Shown one piece after another: positions 37,692-51,100 of a DNA stretch of 64,000 bases. This DNA is from Balanoglossus misakiensis (taxonomy: Eukaryota; Animalia; Hemichordata), in NCBI GenBank assembly GCA_040954595.2, contig CM082585.2:2448902-2512901 (forward strand), written 5' to 3'. Both the position numbers and the translations under genes were made by a program. The notes below the pieces were generated by a model. That model saw only the letters and a program-made list of their open reading frames with translations. It ran no database searches and was not told the DNA's origin. Within the stretch, counting starts at the first letter, position 1; each line of letters starts with the position of its first letter.

Positions 37692-38845
37692 CTGTTGAAT
37701 GCAAACAAAACGGTTTTCTTTAAAAGTCACTTCACAGAAGGTGGCAATGTATCATGAGACAGCTCTCTTTAACATTGTTCACATTTGTCAATCAGACTGA
37801 AATTTAGGGCAGCATATAGTAACTGTACAATGGGACATTGATTCAGGCTGTGTCTAAAATTTGCTGGTTAGTTTCAAGACCCCTGTTGACCTAATTAATT
37901 ATGTACACTCCTAATTCTAGGCTAACCAATAGATCTAGAAGTTAAGATTTTGTAGGACATAGATCAGTTTAGGATCAAAACTTTTTGACAAAATTTTGGG
38001 TATCCACAGCAGATCATCCTTGGCATTTAGTAGGAATCCTGGGAATCGAATGGGCCAGGTGAACACTGCTTGCAGCTTTAATTCACCATGTAATCAGATG
38101 CAGACATTTTGAAAAGATTATGATTTAAATTCTAAGCAGAGTTTTGTTAAAGGGTATTGATCGTCTAACGCACATTTGCCAAAGCAGAGACTCTAGTTAC
38201 AAAATTGTTATCTATGCCACAAGTGCTGTCTTAACAACAGACAAGGTGGCGACAACCATAGTCTGTGTCATATATTAGGAAAAGACAGCAAATTCAGTGA
38301 AAAGAAGAGACAAAACTAAATTCTTCTTATATGGCGTGCAAGAAATATAGAAGGAAGCGAAGGCAGTCCACTTTATGAATGCACGCACATAAAATTGTGC
38401 AGAATATTTGGATTGGAAGTTATTTTGTACACACAAAATTAACGCATATGTGCATAAGAGTAAGATGATTGTCGTCATTTAAAACTGTCTGCCACAGTTA
38501 TAACAGTATAACCTCTGAGACTTGCCCCCATAGACAATTACTCTGTTCACATTACTCATAAAGGCTCCACATTCCAATTTATTTCGTTTAACAACAACCA
38601 CAATGCTCTTCTCTGAAAATTGCCTGTTTCAAAAATAGTGAACATTGATTTAAATGTCACAAGCAAAGTGCACTTCATACAGAAAACAATAATACTGACC
38701 AAACATCACCAAATGAAAGTACTAGATTCAAAATGTATACAGATCAAATGACAATAAACCCAACACACTTCACACTTTTCAAATTACAATCCATCATCAC
38801 TTCCCATTACACCACATATTTCACAAATTTCTATTCTCTTGGCAG

Positions 38846-38944
38846 CTTCCATTCAAATAGGAATGCCAATGACAACACCACCTTTCACACAAACCATGGG
38901 CAAACAAGCCACTGCAGACAGCAATCCACCATCGTGTACATATG
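38846..38944 (+). CDS. Exon of OB-fold gene (S/T/P-rich repeat exon)
   Basis: CTCTTGGCAG / GTAAGT, 99 bp, phase 1-1; (A)SIQIGMPMTTPPFTQTMGKQATADSNPPSCTY. Confidence 0.65.
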
Positions 38945-39168
38945 GTAAGTACCATTCTATAACATTTTAACAATGCAATAATTCCTCAGCACTGATTCCC
39001 CTGAAACAACATTTCCCTTGTTCCATACTACCACATGATCACAAAGAGTGTTTTGGCTTAGCTTCACAAACAACAAGCAACAACACTCTTCAGATTTCTT
39101 TCGACATTAAAATCGACCATTGCTTCCACATAGACAACAATTTCTACATGTCTCTATTTCCTCAACAG

Positions 39169-39255
39169 CTTCCACTCCAGTAACAATGCCCACTACCACA
39201 CAAACCATGGACATACAAGCCTCTGAAGCCAGCAATCCACCATCATCTTCATATG
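39169..39255 (+). CDS. Exon of OB-fold gene (paralogous repeat exon)
   Basis: TTCCTCAACAG / GTATGT, 87 bp, phase 1-1; (A)STPVTMPTTTQTMDIQASEASNPPSSSY. Confidence 0.65.
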
Positions 39256-40362
39256 GTATGTACCACTCTATATAGTTTCAACTATAATTCCTACACACTG
39301 TTAATCACCACATACAAAATCTCCATCGATCCATAATAGCAAAATATCACAAACTCCAATTACATTGTCCCTACCCACTTCTTTGCAAACAGTTATAATA
39401 TGTACTTACCTAGGCTACAATCCAATTCACTGAAATTAAGTTGTTATGACCAAAAATATGCAAATTAGCAAAAACATGTGAATTTTGAGAAAACTCAGTA
39501 ACTCAAAAACTACTAATCAAATTTCTTTGCAAATTTGTGTGTATTCACTTTATTGATACGTTCTATACAGTTCTCCCATTTTGTGATGATACCACAAAAT
39601 GGCTGTTTTCAGGGATTTTTTCTGTCATTTCCCTCATTTATTGTACAAAAAATCTCCTTTTCTAAAACAACTTTTCTAATTGTTCAATAATAATTTGACT
39701 GTATGCAAACATGTTCTGTTCTCATTTTTCCCCAAATTAAGCTGAACAACTCATACTATATTTTTGAGTAATGCTCAAGCAACCTCACAATTTGAAGCTT
39801 GCCCTCACGCTGGTGCTCTCACACCAATATATTCATGATACCCTCGCCTGCAGTCCTAGTGCCAACAACATTATGGTCAGACATCACCATCCCTCATGCC
39901 ACCTTCAAATCGTGATCTTCCCCTCGCTATCATCAGTTATTATTTAACAGTCGCATGACATGCACGTAAAAAAATCATTTGACAAATAACAGAATGGGCA
40001 AGGCTAACTTCGCCGCCTTGTCAAAATTAGTCAATCAGACACCCTGTACACATGTACACATATGTGCATTTGTCTGCTGTACCAGGACACACACTGATTT
40101 ACACACAATAACCTATGAAGTATGCGACAAACTACACACGTGTCAGTGCTATAATTAATGCCCCAGAAACCATTTGATATAACAAAGCAAGTAGGGCTTC
40201 CTGGTGATTTCCCCACCACTAGAATTCACTACCTTGCTCATGCATATGAGACGGAGGGGAAGAACCCACTTGCAACACAATCTCTTCCATGATCTTTATG
40301 TACTTCATTCAACAAATGATAATGATACTGTAATGTAAATGATACTGTAACTGGAAAAATCA

Positions 40363-40936
40363 TTTTTGGGTCCCATTGGTATGTACCATGGGAGTTTATG
40401 GGATCGGTTGTGTCTGTATGGATCGATGGATAATTGGATGTTTGTCTGTATGTCCATTCACATCAAAAACTTGACAACCACTGTGTGTGTCACCTTGATA
40501 TTTGGTGTGCTGATGCAGGCTGGGCTGTAGATAGGAGTTTGTTCAAATGAAGTTGTCATTGCAAGAAATATGCAAATTAGCTGGAAAAATATGACTTTGG
40601 GCAAAACTCAGTCCCTCAAGAACTACTGGTCAGATTACTTTGCTAAGTAATGTGTATTTACTTTATTGAGTTTTTCAATTAGGCAGGAAGTCCCCTCCTG
40701 TGATTCATATAAACACAGCAAATTGCTCAATGATTACATAACTGGCTAAGTTTAAAAGAGGTCAGCTGTTCTATTTAGTGTATGCAAAGTACATATGCTA
40801 TTGGCAGCTTATAGGTCAGTCAGTGTTTGCCCATTGATCTCTCGCTATGTGTGTGTGTGTGTCTGTCTGTATATGGCCATATACTTTTTCTTGTGTAATC
40901 ACTCCATGGGACCACCGTGTCCTTGATGTGATTTTT
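40363..40936 (+). mobile_element. HINE-like element, short subfamily (more diverged copy)
   Basis: GGTCCCATTGGTAT...ATGGGACCACCGTGTCCTTGATG termini; homologous to the reverse complement of 8829-9459. Confidence 0.75.
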
Positions 40937-41829
40937 AGAGTTAAGCCTCAGCAGGAACTAGAACTCATTCATGTTCTCACTTCAGGTGGCATTGCACTAA
41001 ACCATCAAGACTTTTCCAGAGGCCTATTCCTCATCAAAGACAACGTTAAAACTCACACTTTTGTTTGACTTGCAAATTTTATTGACCCTCCAAAATGGTA
41101 GCATTTTTGCGGTAAAAACCCATTTCCTGATCTTATGCCATTCACTTGAAATCAGCTAAAAAAGTTCACCATGCATCATGCATCTTAATATATGATTCGA
41201 AACTAGAGTGCACATGCAAAATTACCAAAATTTCGTTTGATGTTATCTGCTCCCATTAAGGAAGGAATGTTTGGAAGTTAGATTTTTAGACAATTTGAGC
41301 AAATTTACGTTGAGTTGCATTGAATCAGAGTTTATTACTGCCAGTGACACTTTATTGACTAAAAATATTTTCATATTGTTACATGGGTCATACACAATTT
41401 CCTGCTAAAATTTCAGCAAATTTGGCCAATGCACAGAAAAACTAAATTCTCCTGAAGTAGTCCAAAGTAGCAAAAATGCAAACTGAGAACAGCAACAATT
41501 TGCATTGCTGACACCTATTTCTCAAGCTGTAGACTCATTCTGAAAAGTGCTACTTCCCGATGATTATGCACCATTTCCACCAAAACGCATTTGTCCGAAA
41601 ATGGATCAGTATTAGACCTACCAATTTATGTACAAAACTCACAGTTGCCCAAATCACAACTTCTCCTGCAATCCCACCTTAATTGAAACCCTCCTTGTCT
41701 ATTGTATGTTCTACATAATTCACATACAATTTCATGCAACTTGGTTTCGCCCTTTGCGTACACTGCAAGCCCTGACAAATTAACTATTATTATAATACCC
41801 AATACTTCTTTCATCTTTACAATTTACAG

Positions 41830-41868
41830 ATACACCACCACCTACATTACCATGTACACCAAGTACAT
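41830..41868 (+). CDS. Micro-exon of OB-fold gene
   Basis: TTTACAG / GTAAGT, 39 bp, phase 1-1; (D)TPPPTLPCTPST. Confidence 0.55.
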
Positions 41869-42054
41869 GTAAGTATTATACATATTTATTATTTCCAACA
41901 ACAGCTTCTCCTAAAAACCTCTACAGCTGATATTTTTTGCCATACTTTTCATGATTTTATTTCCCAACTACAATTGCTCCATCTAAATAAGCTCACTAAT
42001 AAATATGCAATTGTGGGAAATCCTATGTATTCAAACAGTGCCACACCAATTTAA

Positions 42055-42400
42055 AGGGACAAAGTCTCTCTCTCACTGCCCTTTTTTCCATTAATTACAT
42101 TTGATACAAGACACCATTTGTTATTCTACATGTGGATATATAGTGAATGAACGTTCAACCACACACAACTTCCGTCCCTCTTGTAGACAGGAGAGTGAAA
42201 AAACTCGCCAAAATGAATAATCGTTCTTTACCATTTATTCATTTTGGGCGAGTTTTACTCTCATATCATACAAGTGGGATGGAAGTTTTGTGTGGTCGAT
42301 CATTGATTCACTATATATCAACATTTACATTAACATTACCCGTGTCTTGTATCAAACATAATTAATGGAAAAGGGGCAGCTGGAGAGAGACTTTGTCCGT
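42055..42400. mobile_element. Intact, largely palindromic MITE with TTAA TSD (Kolobok-like)
   Basis: TTAA-AGGGACAAAGTCTCTCTC ... GAGAGAGACTTTGTCCGT-TTAA; internal arms are inverted. Confidence 0.85.
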
Positions 42401-43038
42401 TTAATCAGCCTCCTTACAAACAGTAGACATCAGCTATCACGGTATGCATTACCAAGATATAACAAAATAATAGAAATGCAAGTTATATCACTTAATGATA
42501 AGAATCTCACAGCACAGGCAATACATTTAAACTATTTCACTTCGGGAAAATATATGTGACATTTGACAGCTACATCAGCTTTAAGGCTGTGTATATTACT
42601 TTTTCTTTCCATGTAGTCCTAACCTTTCCACCCCCAGTTCCCTTTTTCAACATCCAACCTTACAATACATAACTAACATTTCGACTCCACTAGTCATCCT
42701 GATTTTGACACTTTTTCCCCTGTATTATATTCGCCTATGCTTCAACTCCGCTCCCTTCTACTTTGCACAACTTCATGAAATGTTCGCAGTGTTGAGCTTC
42801 TCAAGTGAAGTCCATATTTCCATTTATTTTAAAACAATTCTGAATAGTACACAATGGCTCTGCAAAAAGTACAGTTAACATACAAAGCAAGCATACTAAA
42901 GTAATAACCCCCAAAATGGAAGTCACTCACAGTTCAACCATATTACACCGTAATTGAGCACTCTGCAAGTTCCTTAAATTCCTATCCATCATCAACGTTA
43001 CCTACATTACATATTCAACATTTTCTTCTCCTAAATAG

Positions 43039-43137
43039 CTTCCATTCTAATAGGAATGCCAGCTACATCACCACCTTTCACACAAACCATGGGCAAACAA
43101 GCCACTGCAGACAGCAATCCACCATCGTGTACATATG
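43039..43137 (+). CDS. Exon of OB-fold gene (duplicate of 38846-38944)
   Basis: CTCCTAAATAG / GTAAGT, 99 bp, phase 1-1. Part of a ~300-bp duplication that includes the downstream intron. Confidence 0.65.
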
Positions 43138-44129
43138 GTAAGTACCATTCTATAACATTTTAACAATGCAATAATTCCTCAGCACTGATTCCCCTGAAAC
43201 AACATTTCCCTTGTTCCATACTACCACATGATCACAAAGAGTGTTTTGGCTTAGCTTCACAAACAAGAAGCAACAACACTCTTCAGATTTCTTTCGACAT
43301 TAAAATCGACCATTGCTTCCACATAGACAACAATTTCATCAGCAATCCACCATCATCTTCACATGGTATGTACCACTCGATATGATTTCCACACATGCTA
43401 CACACATTCCTTAGACCTCTTAAAGCTTTTACACCTGCTAAATTTCCCACATTTTCCCCTCCATAAAATTCTTCAAATATATCCTCTTTCCTCTAAAATC
43501 TCTACTATTATTTGCATCAGTTTATCATCTCTTGGTTACACATACCATAAAAGCTATGTACTCTTTTTATAGACACTGACTACATCGATGCAGCACTCCC
43601 TCAATACATAGCATTTTTAAATTGCAACATACACTTTCAGTCATGTGTCCAAAAAGGTGTTCCTGTAATCCTGTCACTTACCTTACATATGAACCATTTT
43701 AAGTAAGGAAATAAAATCAGGAAAATAATCCAAGCAGTGTCAGCTCTGCCGGCTTCATTGATTTCAGTATATCTTACTTCATTCAATTACATCTAATACC
43801 AAACTATACTACTTTAAAATTAGGCTTCACCTCAACATGTGCCACTGCCATTTCATATCCCACAACAATGAACAACATCCCAATTTGTTAACACACTGAT
43901 TTACACTATACTAGGTGTCACATGCTTACAGATTACAATCCACACTGCAACCTTTCATTCCAAAAGCAGCCACACCATTTTCCTTTACATCCCAAAGTCA
44001 CAGCCACAAGAACACAGCCTCCACAATTACTATTATCACACAATTCAGATGACACATTCCCATTAAACAGTTTCTTGTATACACCCCAATCCTAAGAAGC
44101 TCCTAACACACATGTATTCCTTTCAACAG

Positions 44130-44186
44130 CATCTACAACAGCAAAAAGACAACTGTTCCCCAGTACCAGTACAGCACCAGAAGATG
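44130..44186 (+). CDS. Exon of OB-fold gene with KRQLF motif
   Basis: TTTCAACAG / GTGAGT, 57 bp, phase 1-1; (A)STTAKRQLFPSTSTAPED. Confidence 0.65.
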
Positions 44187-45450
44187 GTGAGTACAACTTC
44201 AAACCAATTAACGCAAACTCAAGTTACCATAATCATACCGATAACATTTCTGTATGCATTTCTGTATACGCAGTATGTGGTTCAACTAGTCTCATACAAA
44301 GTGCTCAATACCTCACCAGACCAGAATAAAAAGTCACAGTTATTGAAAAACAATAGGCAGTAAATAATCTCTACAATGTTGTTTCACTAGTCACTGGGGT
44401 CACTCATCAGGAGACTAACCCGTCAAAAATGCAACGGGGAAGCCATGGTTTTTAAACGCACATAGGTGATGCAATGTTGATTAGGGTTGCCACTTTCACA
44501 TAACAATGAGTACCTGCTTATTCTAATTTGTGGTGTGCAGAGTTTCTACTCTTAGTTGTTGCAAAACTATCCCTTGTGTCTCTGTCCACATCAGCACACA
44601 AGTTCCTTCCTTTTATTGACTGTGCATATTTATGAAGTCACATATTCCATATGTATGTATCTATTTCTCTATGTACACAAACTATGTTATAACACACCAT
44701 GCAGTGAACCACCATGCAGTGAACCCTCGATTGCAATTCGTCAAAATGCTCTCACATGACCTTAGTCATTTCGCACTGTTCCCTAAGGCATCAGTTCGAT
44801 CTGTTTCTGCCCAGTAATGTTGCCTGGATGTGGTGTGTGTCGTGTTTGGTGTGTTATAAAACACATGATGACTTACATATTTAGGGAACAGTGTATTTTT
44901 GATGACCTCGGGACTGCCAGTCACACCAATACAGTCTGTTTTCCAAACAAGACTGTTTTAGTTGTGACTAGCAGCGTCCTCAATCATCAAAATACACTGT
45001 TGCCCTTATTGTCAATCATCATGTGTATACTGTTCCCGTTACAGCAACAAAGTCTCTCCCTTTCCTGTAATTATGTTTTGTCAAACACACCATTCATGTT
45101 ATTCCATATGGATATAGTGAACCTGCAATGTTCAACAACACACAACTTCCACCCCGTTTATATCATACAACAGTACAAATTCGCCTCTATGAATACACAG
45201 TACAGAATAATTATTCATTTCAATATGTCAACAAGCACCATAAAAGTTGTATATGGTCAAACATTAATTCACTATATATCTACTTGTAGAATTACATGAA
45301 CAGTGTTTTGTATCAAACATAATTAATGTTGAAACAGCAGCAAGAGAGGAATTTGTCCCTTTAACTTCCACTTATCTATATTCTCAGCAACTGAAATACA
45401 CACCCTTAACATTCACTACACAATCACACTATTACTGTCTATATTTCCAG

Positions 45451-46550
45451 CTCCTTCCATGAAACGAAGAATGCTACAAATCCACAATCCAGCATCTGCA
45501 ACAACCAAACCAACAACAGCCACTGGGTATGTCCACAACTTGCATCAGACAGGCACAAGACTCACCGGACAGCTACAAACAAACACCAGTACATACATCA
45601 GATTCATATCATTTTCAGCACAAAAACATTACGATTCTCTCAACATTGCAGCTACAGGGAAACTACCCATTACTCTCTATGACATAAAATTTCAACCATG
45701 CTTTAACAAACTTGACGAAGACGAGATCAAACTGCAAATCAACACAACCATAAAAATCATTAACACATGCACATTCCCTTATTGTCAGCAACCAAACATC
45801 ATCACTCCCCTAAATACAGTCCACATGAAAAAAGATTACGAACACATCAACATCACTGCACACATCATACAACAGGACAACATTCAGTATGGCTTAAAAT
45901 CTACACACAAATCACTTCCCATGAGAAACAACATAATTTCCGATCACACCACAGCCATTCGCTTGTCAGCTTGGGGGCCATTCAGCAACAGCCTACACAT
46001 TAACACATCATACAGTTTCAATGAAGTAACAGTTAGATCTTACCTCGGCCAAAAATACTTATCCACACACACAAACACAAAAATCACACCAACCACAACA
46101 CTGCAAAACTACACCACTCACTACACTGACCCAAACACAAACACCCTGATAACCAAACCACACCTATGCTCATTCCAAAAAACCCTGACATGTATAAAAC
46201 ACAACTGCAACCAAACCATACCATACCCAAATGACACACTCCCAACTCTGATAAAATGCACAAAATGCCACTCGTCCCAACATACCACAAACATGCCCAT
46301 CCAGTTCACCGGTTCAATTACAGTACAACACAATGACGAATACCTGGAACTATACTTTCACAAAACCACACTTACAGCATACCTATCTACACTGAACCCC
46401 CAACATTACGGCCAACCACAAGGAAACCCACTCGTACTCTTCACTTCTGATAACATAGCATCCACCTTCCTGACTGAAACTCATGACTTCTCCATTACCT
46501 ATGACATCCACAGCCGCGTCATCACATCATTCACCCTTCACTCACAGTAG
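45451..46550 (+). CDS. Terminal exon: RPA70-like multi-OB-fold ssDNA-binding protein with Cys4 zinc motif
   Basis: ATATTTCCAG acceptor is in frame (phase 1) with the 363-aa ORF. OB motif ISDHTTAIRLSAWG...SYSFNEVTVRSYLGQKYLST; C..(H)NC and CTKC pairs as in RPA70 DBD-C. Confidence 0.7.
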
Positions 46551-46694
46551 TTATCATACTCATTTCATGGCGTTTCTCCCACTATCACATCCTACAAACA
46601 CGATGCAAGTTGTTTGTCATTGAATATGGATTCTCTATATATCCACATGTAGAATAATACGAACACTGTCTTGTATCAAACATTATTAATAGAA

Positions 46695-47647
46695 AAGGAC
46701 AGCGAAAGACAGACTTTGTCCCTTTAACATTCTTTGGAAAGCTTTGCTTTTAAAGACAACTTGTGAACTATGTTTTTCACTATGTCCACAAGTTCAATAT
46801 AGTTCGACTGTTATTATTTAACATTTTTGCACAATCTTTGTTTCACTTTTCTATTTATATTTTTTACTGCATTTTGCTTGAGCATCACAGCATATGAGTA
46901 TATCTTGATAATTTCAAACCCATAGTTCAAAACCAAAGGGCAGCGAGAGACAAACTTTGCCCCTTTAACATTCTTTGGAAAGCTTCGCTTTTAACGACAA
47001 CTTGTGAACTATGTTTTTCACTATGTCCACAAGTTCAATATAGTTCGACTGTTATTATTTAACATTTTTGCGAAATCTTGTTTCACTTTTCTATTTATAT
47101 TTTTTACTGCATTTTGCTCGAGCATCACAGCATATGAGTATATCTTGATAACTTCAAACCCATAGTTCAAAACCAAAGGGCAGCGAGAGACAAACTTTGC
47201 CCCTTTAACATTCTTTGAAAAGCTTTGCTTTTAACGACAACTTGTGAACTATGTTTTTCACTATGTCCACAAGTTCAATATAGTTCGACTGTTATTATTT
47301 AACATTTTTGCGAAATCTTTGTTTCACTTTTCTATTTATATTTTTTCCTGCATTTTGCTTGAGCATCACAGCATTTGAGTATATCTTGATAACTTCAAAC
47401 CCATAGTTCAAAACCAAAGGGCAGCGACAGACAGACTTTGTCCCTTCAACATTCTTTGGAAAGCTTTGTTTTTTAACAAGTTGTGAACTATGTTTTTTTA
47501 CTATGTGCACAAGTTCAATATAGTCTAGCTGTTGTTATTTAACATTCTTGAGAAATCTTTGTTTCACTTTCTATTTATATTTTTTACTGCATTTTGCTTG
47601 AGCATCACAGCATATGAGTATATCTTGATAACTTCAACCCCATAGTT
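46695..47647. repeat. 240-241-bp tandem repeat (~4 units) incorporating a MITE terminus
   Basis: CCTT(T/C)AACATTCTTTG at 46721, 46962, 47202 and 47443. Each is preceded by the GCAGCGA..GAC..ACTTTG(T/C)CCCTTTAA MITE end. Confidence 0.93.
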
Positions 47648-47829
47648 TCCCATTCCTCTTAACCTCTATGTTCAGCCAGAGATTAAAATAAATAACTGCC
47701 TACTTATTTACAACTGCCTCTTGACTCTAATTTTTCCCTTGTCAACTTCTTTGAATGCCTCACTATCAACAAACCTACGTTAACTACATTCAACACTCCT
47801 TCAATCATTAAACATTAATGTACACTATG

Positions 47830-48160
47830 TGCCAAAAATGAAAAGCTTCATTTGCAACGCACCTGCTACACCTGCCTATCTCATAAATTATGTACATACC
47901 TAATTCCAGGCTAACCAGTGCAAGTAGAGTTTGGTTTTTGTTGCACATAGACTAGTATGGGAGTCCACACTTTTTGCCCCAAATTTACAGTGACCTCACA
48001 GGACCTTTCACCTTAAACTGACATGAATGAAGACTTCTACATAAATTAATAGCATCCTATCTTTACATTTCGCACAAATAAGCACCAAACACTATTGCTT
48101 ATTGCTATGTTCCTATGTGCTATTTCGGCTTGGGCCCACTATCGCTGCTTGCAGCTATAT
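47830..48160 (+). mobile_element. 3' part of a HINE-like element that truncates the Gypsy integrase
   Basis: Diverged 239-bp module, then GCTTATTGCTATG.., TTGGGCCC and the hairpin GCTGCTTGCAGC. Confidence 0.65.
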
Positions 48161-51100
48161 TTCTTATTGCTATTTAAGTGTCTCAATTTATAATTCCATG
48201 GGGAAACTGCTTCTGAAATTACATACGGACCCGTCCATTTATGTACAAACTTCTTATTAACCCCAGGCTTAACAGCGGGTGTATATAAATAAACAGGATC
48301 CCCTACTTTAAGAGTCTGTGACCGCTGGATATTTTGATCATAGCGGTCTTTCATATTCTGCTGATATCTATCTATGTTTTGTTTGGCGTATCGATGAGCT
48401 ATATCCCTTTTTGTGGCTAAGTGTTTAAGGTGTGTATCTATATTTCTTGTCCTACCCTCCACTGGTTGGAATTCAACATCCATGGGCAATGTGGGATGCC
48501 GACCGTATAACAGATAAAAAGGGCTGAACCCACTGGACTCTTGAGGGCTAACTCTATAAGCGAAAAGCACTGAACTTAGGCACCGATCCCAATCTTTCTG
48601 TTTACTATCGACACACATGGATAGCATGTCGACTAAGCAACCATTAAAACGCTCTGTAAGGCCATTAGTTTGTGGACGATAAGGGGTGGAAACTTTCCTT
48701 TGAATGTTGAAGAATTTACAAGTTTCTTGAACAACTTGAGACAAAAAATTCGATCCCTGATCACTCATCAAAACTCTTGGACTGCCATAAGTAGCGATGA
48801 CTTCATCAAACAAGACCTTAGCAACTGTCTCAGCTCGTGCATTTCGTAATGGATACGCTAGTGGGATTTTAGAAAAGTAGTCAGTGAGTACTAGAATGTA
48901 CTTATGAGTATGACCATCATAAGTTCTAGGGAGTGGTCCCACAATATCCATACCCAATCGGTCCCAGGGTCCTGAAACTGGAATAGGTAACAACTTGGCG
49001 TGTGTTGGGGGTGTGGCTCGTTTTCTTGTGTGGCAATGTGCGCACGTCTTAACGTACATGTTAACGTCCCGAGGCATTCGTTCCCAAAAATATCTCTGCC
49101 TCAGAACTCCTAACGTCTTGGTATACCCTAAATGTCCCCCCAAAACACAATCGTGAGCCCCCCTTAAGACATAATTTCGTAAAGATTTAGGTATTACGAC
49201 CTGCCTAACACAGTCAAGCTTATCAATTGATTTCCCCGTGGGTTTCCAAAAATGATACAAAACCCCGTCAACAATGTCATAATTTGGAGCCATATTAACG
49301 AATTTACGAGCTAGCTTGAGATCAGTAGGCAATTCATCATTCTCCAAATAATTAAGAAATTTATTTAGATAACTATCCTTTCTTTGCTCTCCCTTCATTT
49401 GTGATTGAACCTCTTCATCAAATGTATCCTCGATTTGTGACTGAGAGGAATTATCGGAGCTACGAGTTAAAGTCCCGTACCCTGAGGTGGCCTCAGTATT
49501 AGGAGAATCATTAACCTCAGGTTCCGGTCGATGCCTTATCTCAACATTTTTTACACCAAGCGGATGTGATGGCTCAGTATTTACAGACTTATCTAACATT
49601 ACGATTTGGCTATTAGGTTTGTAGTTTATCTCGGGTGCCTGCTCTAAGTTAGTTACATCAGACTTGTACCCTTCACACTGGGGATAAGGTCGCCTTGACA
49701 ACCCGTCAGCATTCATATGTTTCCTACCAGGTCTGTAAATAATTTCATAGTCATATTGTTGCATGGTCATGATCCAACGTCCAATACGGCCTTTAGGTAT
49801 TTTCTGTTTGAACATGTATGTTAAGTTGGAATGGTCCGTTACTATGGTGATATGATTATTACGAATGTATTGATCACAATAACGAATGGCATGGACTACC
49901 GCCAATGCTTCCATTTCAGTTACTGTATAATTTCGTTCATGACAATTTAAACTTCTCCCGCCATACAAAAAAACTCGTTCAATACCATCCTGTTGTTGTG
50001 CCAATAAAAAACCAAGTGCATGAGTGGAACAATCCGTATAAACAATGAAATCTTTACTGGAATCAGGATACCCCAATATCGGTGCTTCGCATAAAACCTG
50101 TTTCAACTGTTGAAATGCAGCTTCGCACCTTTCATTCCAAAGGAATTTTTCATCCTTACCCAACAACTTATGCAATGGCCTGGCGATAATGGAGAAATTC
50201 TTAATGAATTTCCGATAGTAATTAGCTAAACCTAGAAATGACTTAAGTTGCGTGACAGTGTGAGGGCGGGGATAATTCTTGACAGCGGTCACTTTGCTCT
50301 CGTCAACAGCGATTCTGTCTCGGTCTATAATATGACCTAGAAATTTAACGCTCTTTCTCATTAATTGACATTTGCCGGGTTTTAACTTAAGTCCGGCGTC
50401 GCGTAATCTAGTCAAAACTGTGTCAAGATGTTGCAAATGCTCTTCGAATGTGCTACTGAAAATTATGTCGTCGATATAACAAAGTACATATTGCCACATA
50501 ATATTGCGCAAAACAAATTGCATGGTGCGTTGAAAACAACTAGCACTGTTGCGTAATCCTTGAGCTAGGCGACGATATTGGTATAACCCTTGATGAGTTA
50601 CAAAAGCTGTCTTAGGTCTACTCTCTTCGTCTAAATCTAACTGAAAAAATCCAGACTGTAAATCTAAAGTGGAAAAATACTGCGGCTTGCTTCTCCCTAA
50701 CATTTCAAGTGATTCGTCTGTTCGCGGCAAGGGAAAAGAGTCAGGCACGGTAATTTAGTTCAATTGTCGAAAATCAGTACAAAATCGCCACGATCCGTCG
50801 GGTTTGCGAACTAAAACAACTGGACTCGCGTATGGAGAGGTAGATGGTTCAATTATACCCTGCGCTAATAATTTGTCAACTTGTGATTCTAATTCTCGCC
50901 TTTTCTCCGGCGTTACTCTGTACGGTGGACGTCTAAATGGTACGGCCCCCTCCTCAAGTGGGATTGTATGCTTGATTATATCACAATGACCTAATTTGCC
51001 AGTAGAATCAACAAAAGCATCAGAGTTTCTGAGCAACACCTGTTTAAGTTGTTCCCTCTCTTCATTATTTACATCTAAGTTGTCTAATCGCAATTGAGTC

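Noticed and set aside
44817-45299. 160-aa ORF upstream of the OB exon
   Set aside because: No recognisable motif, partly MITE-derived, and lies in the predicted last intron.
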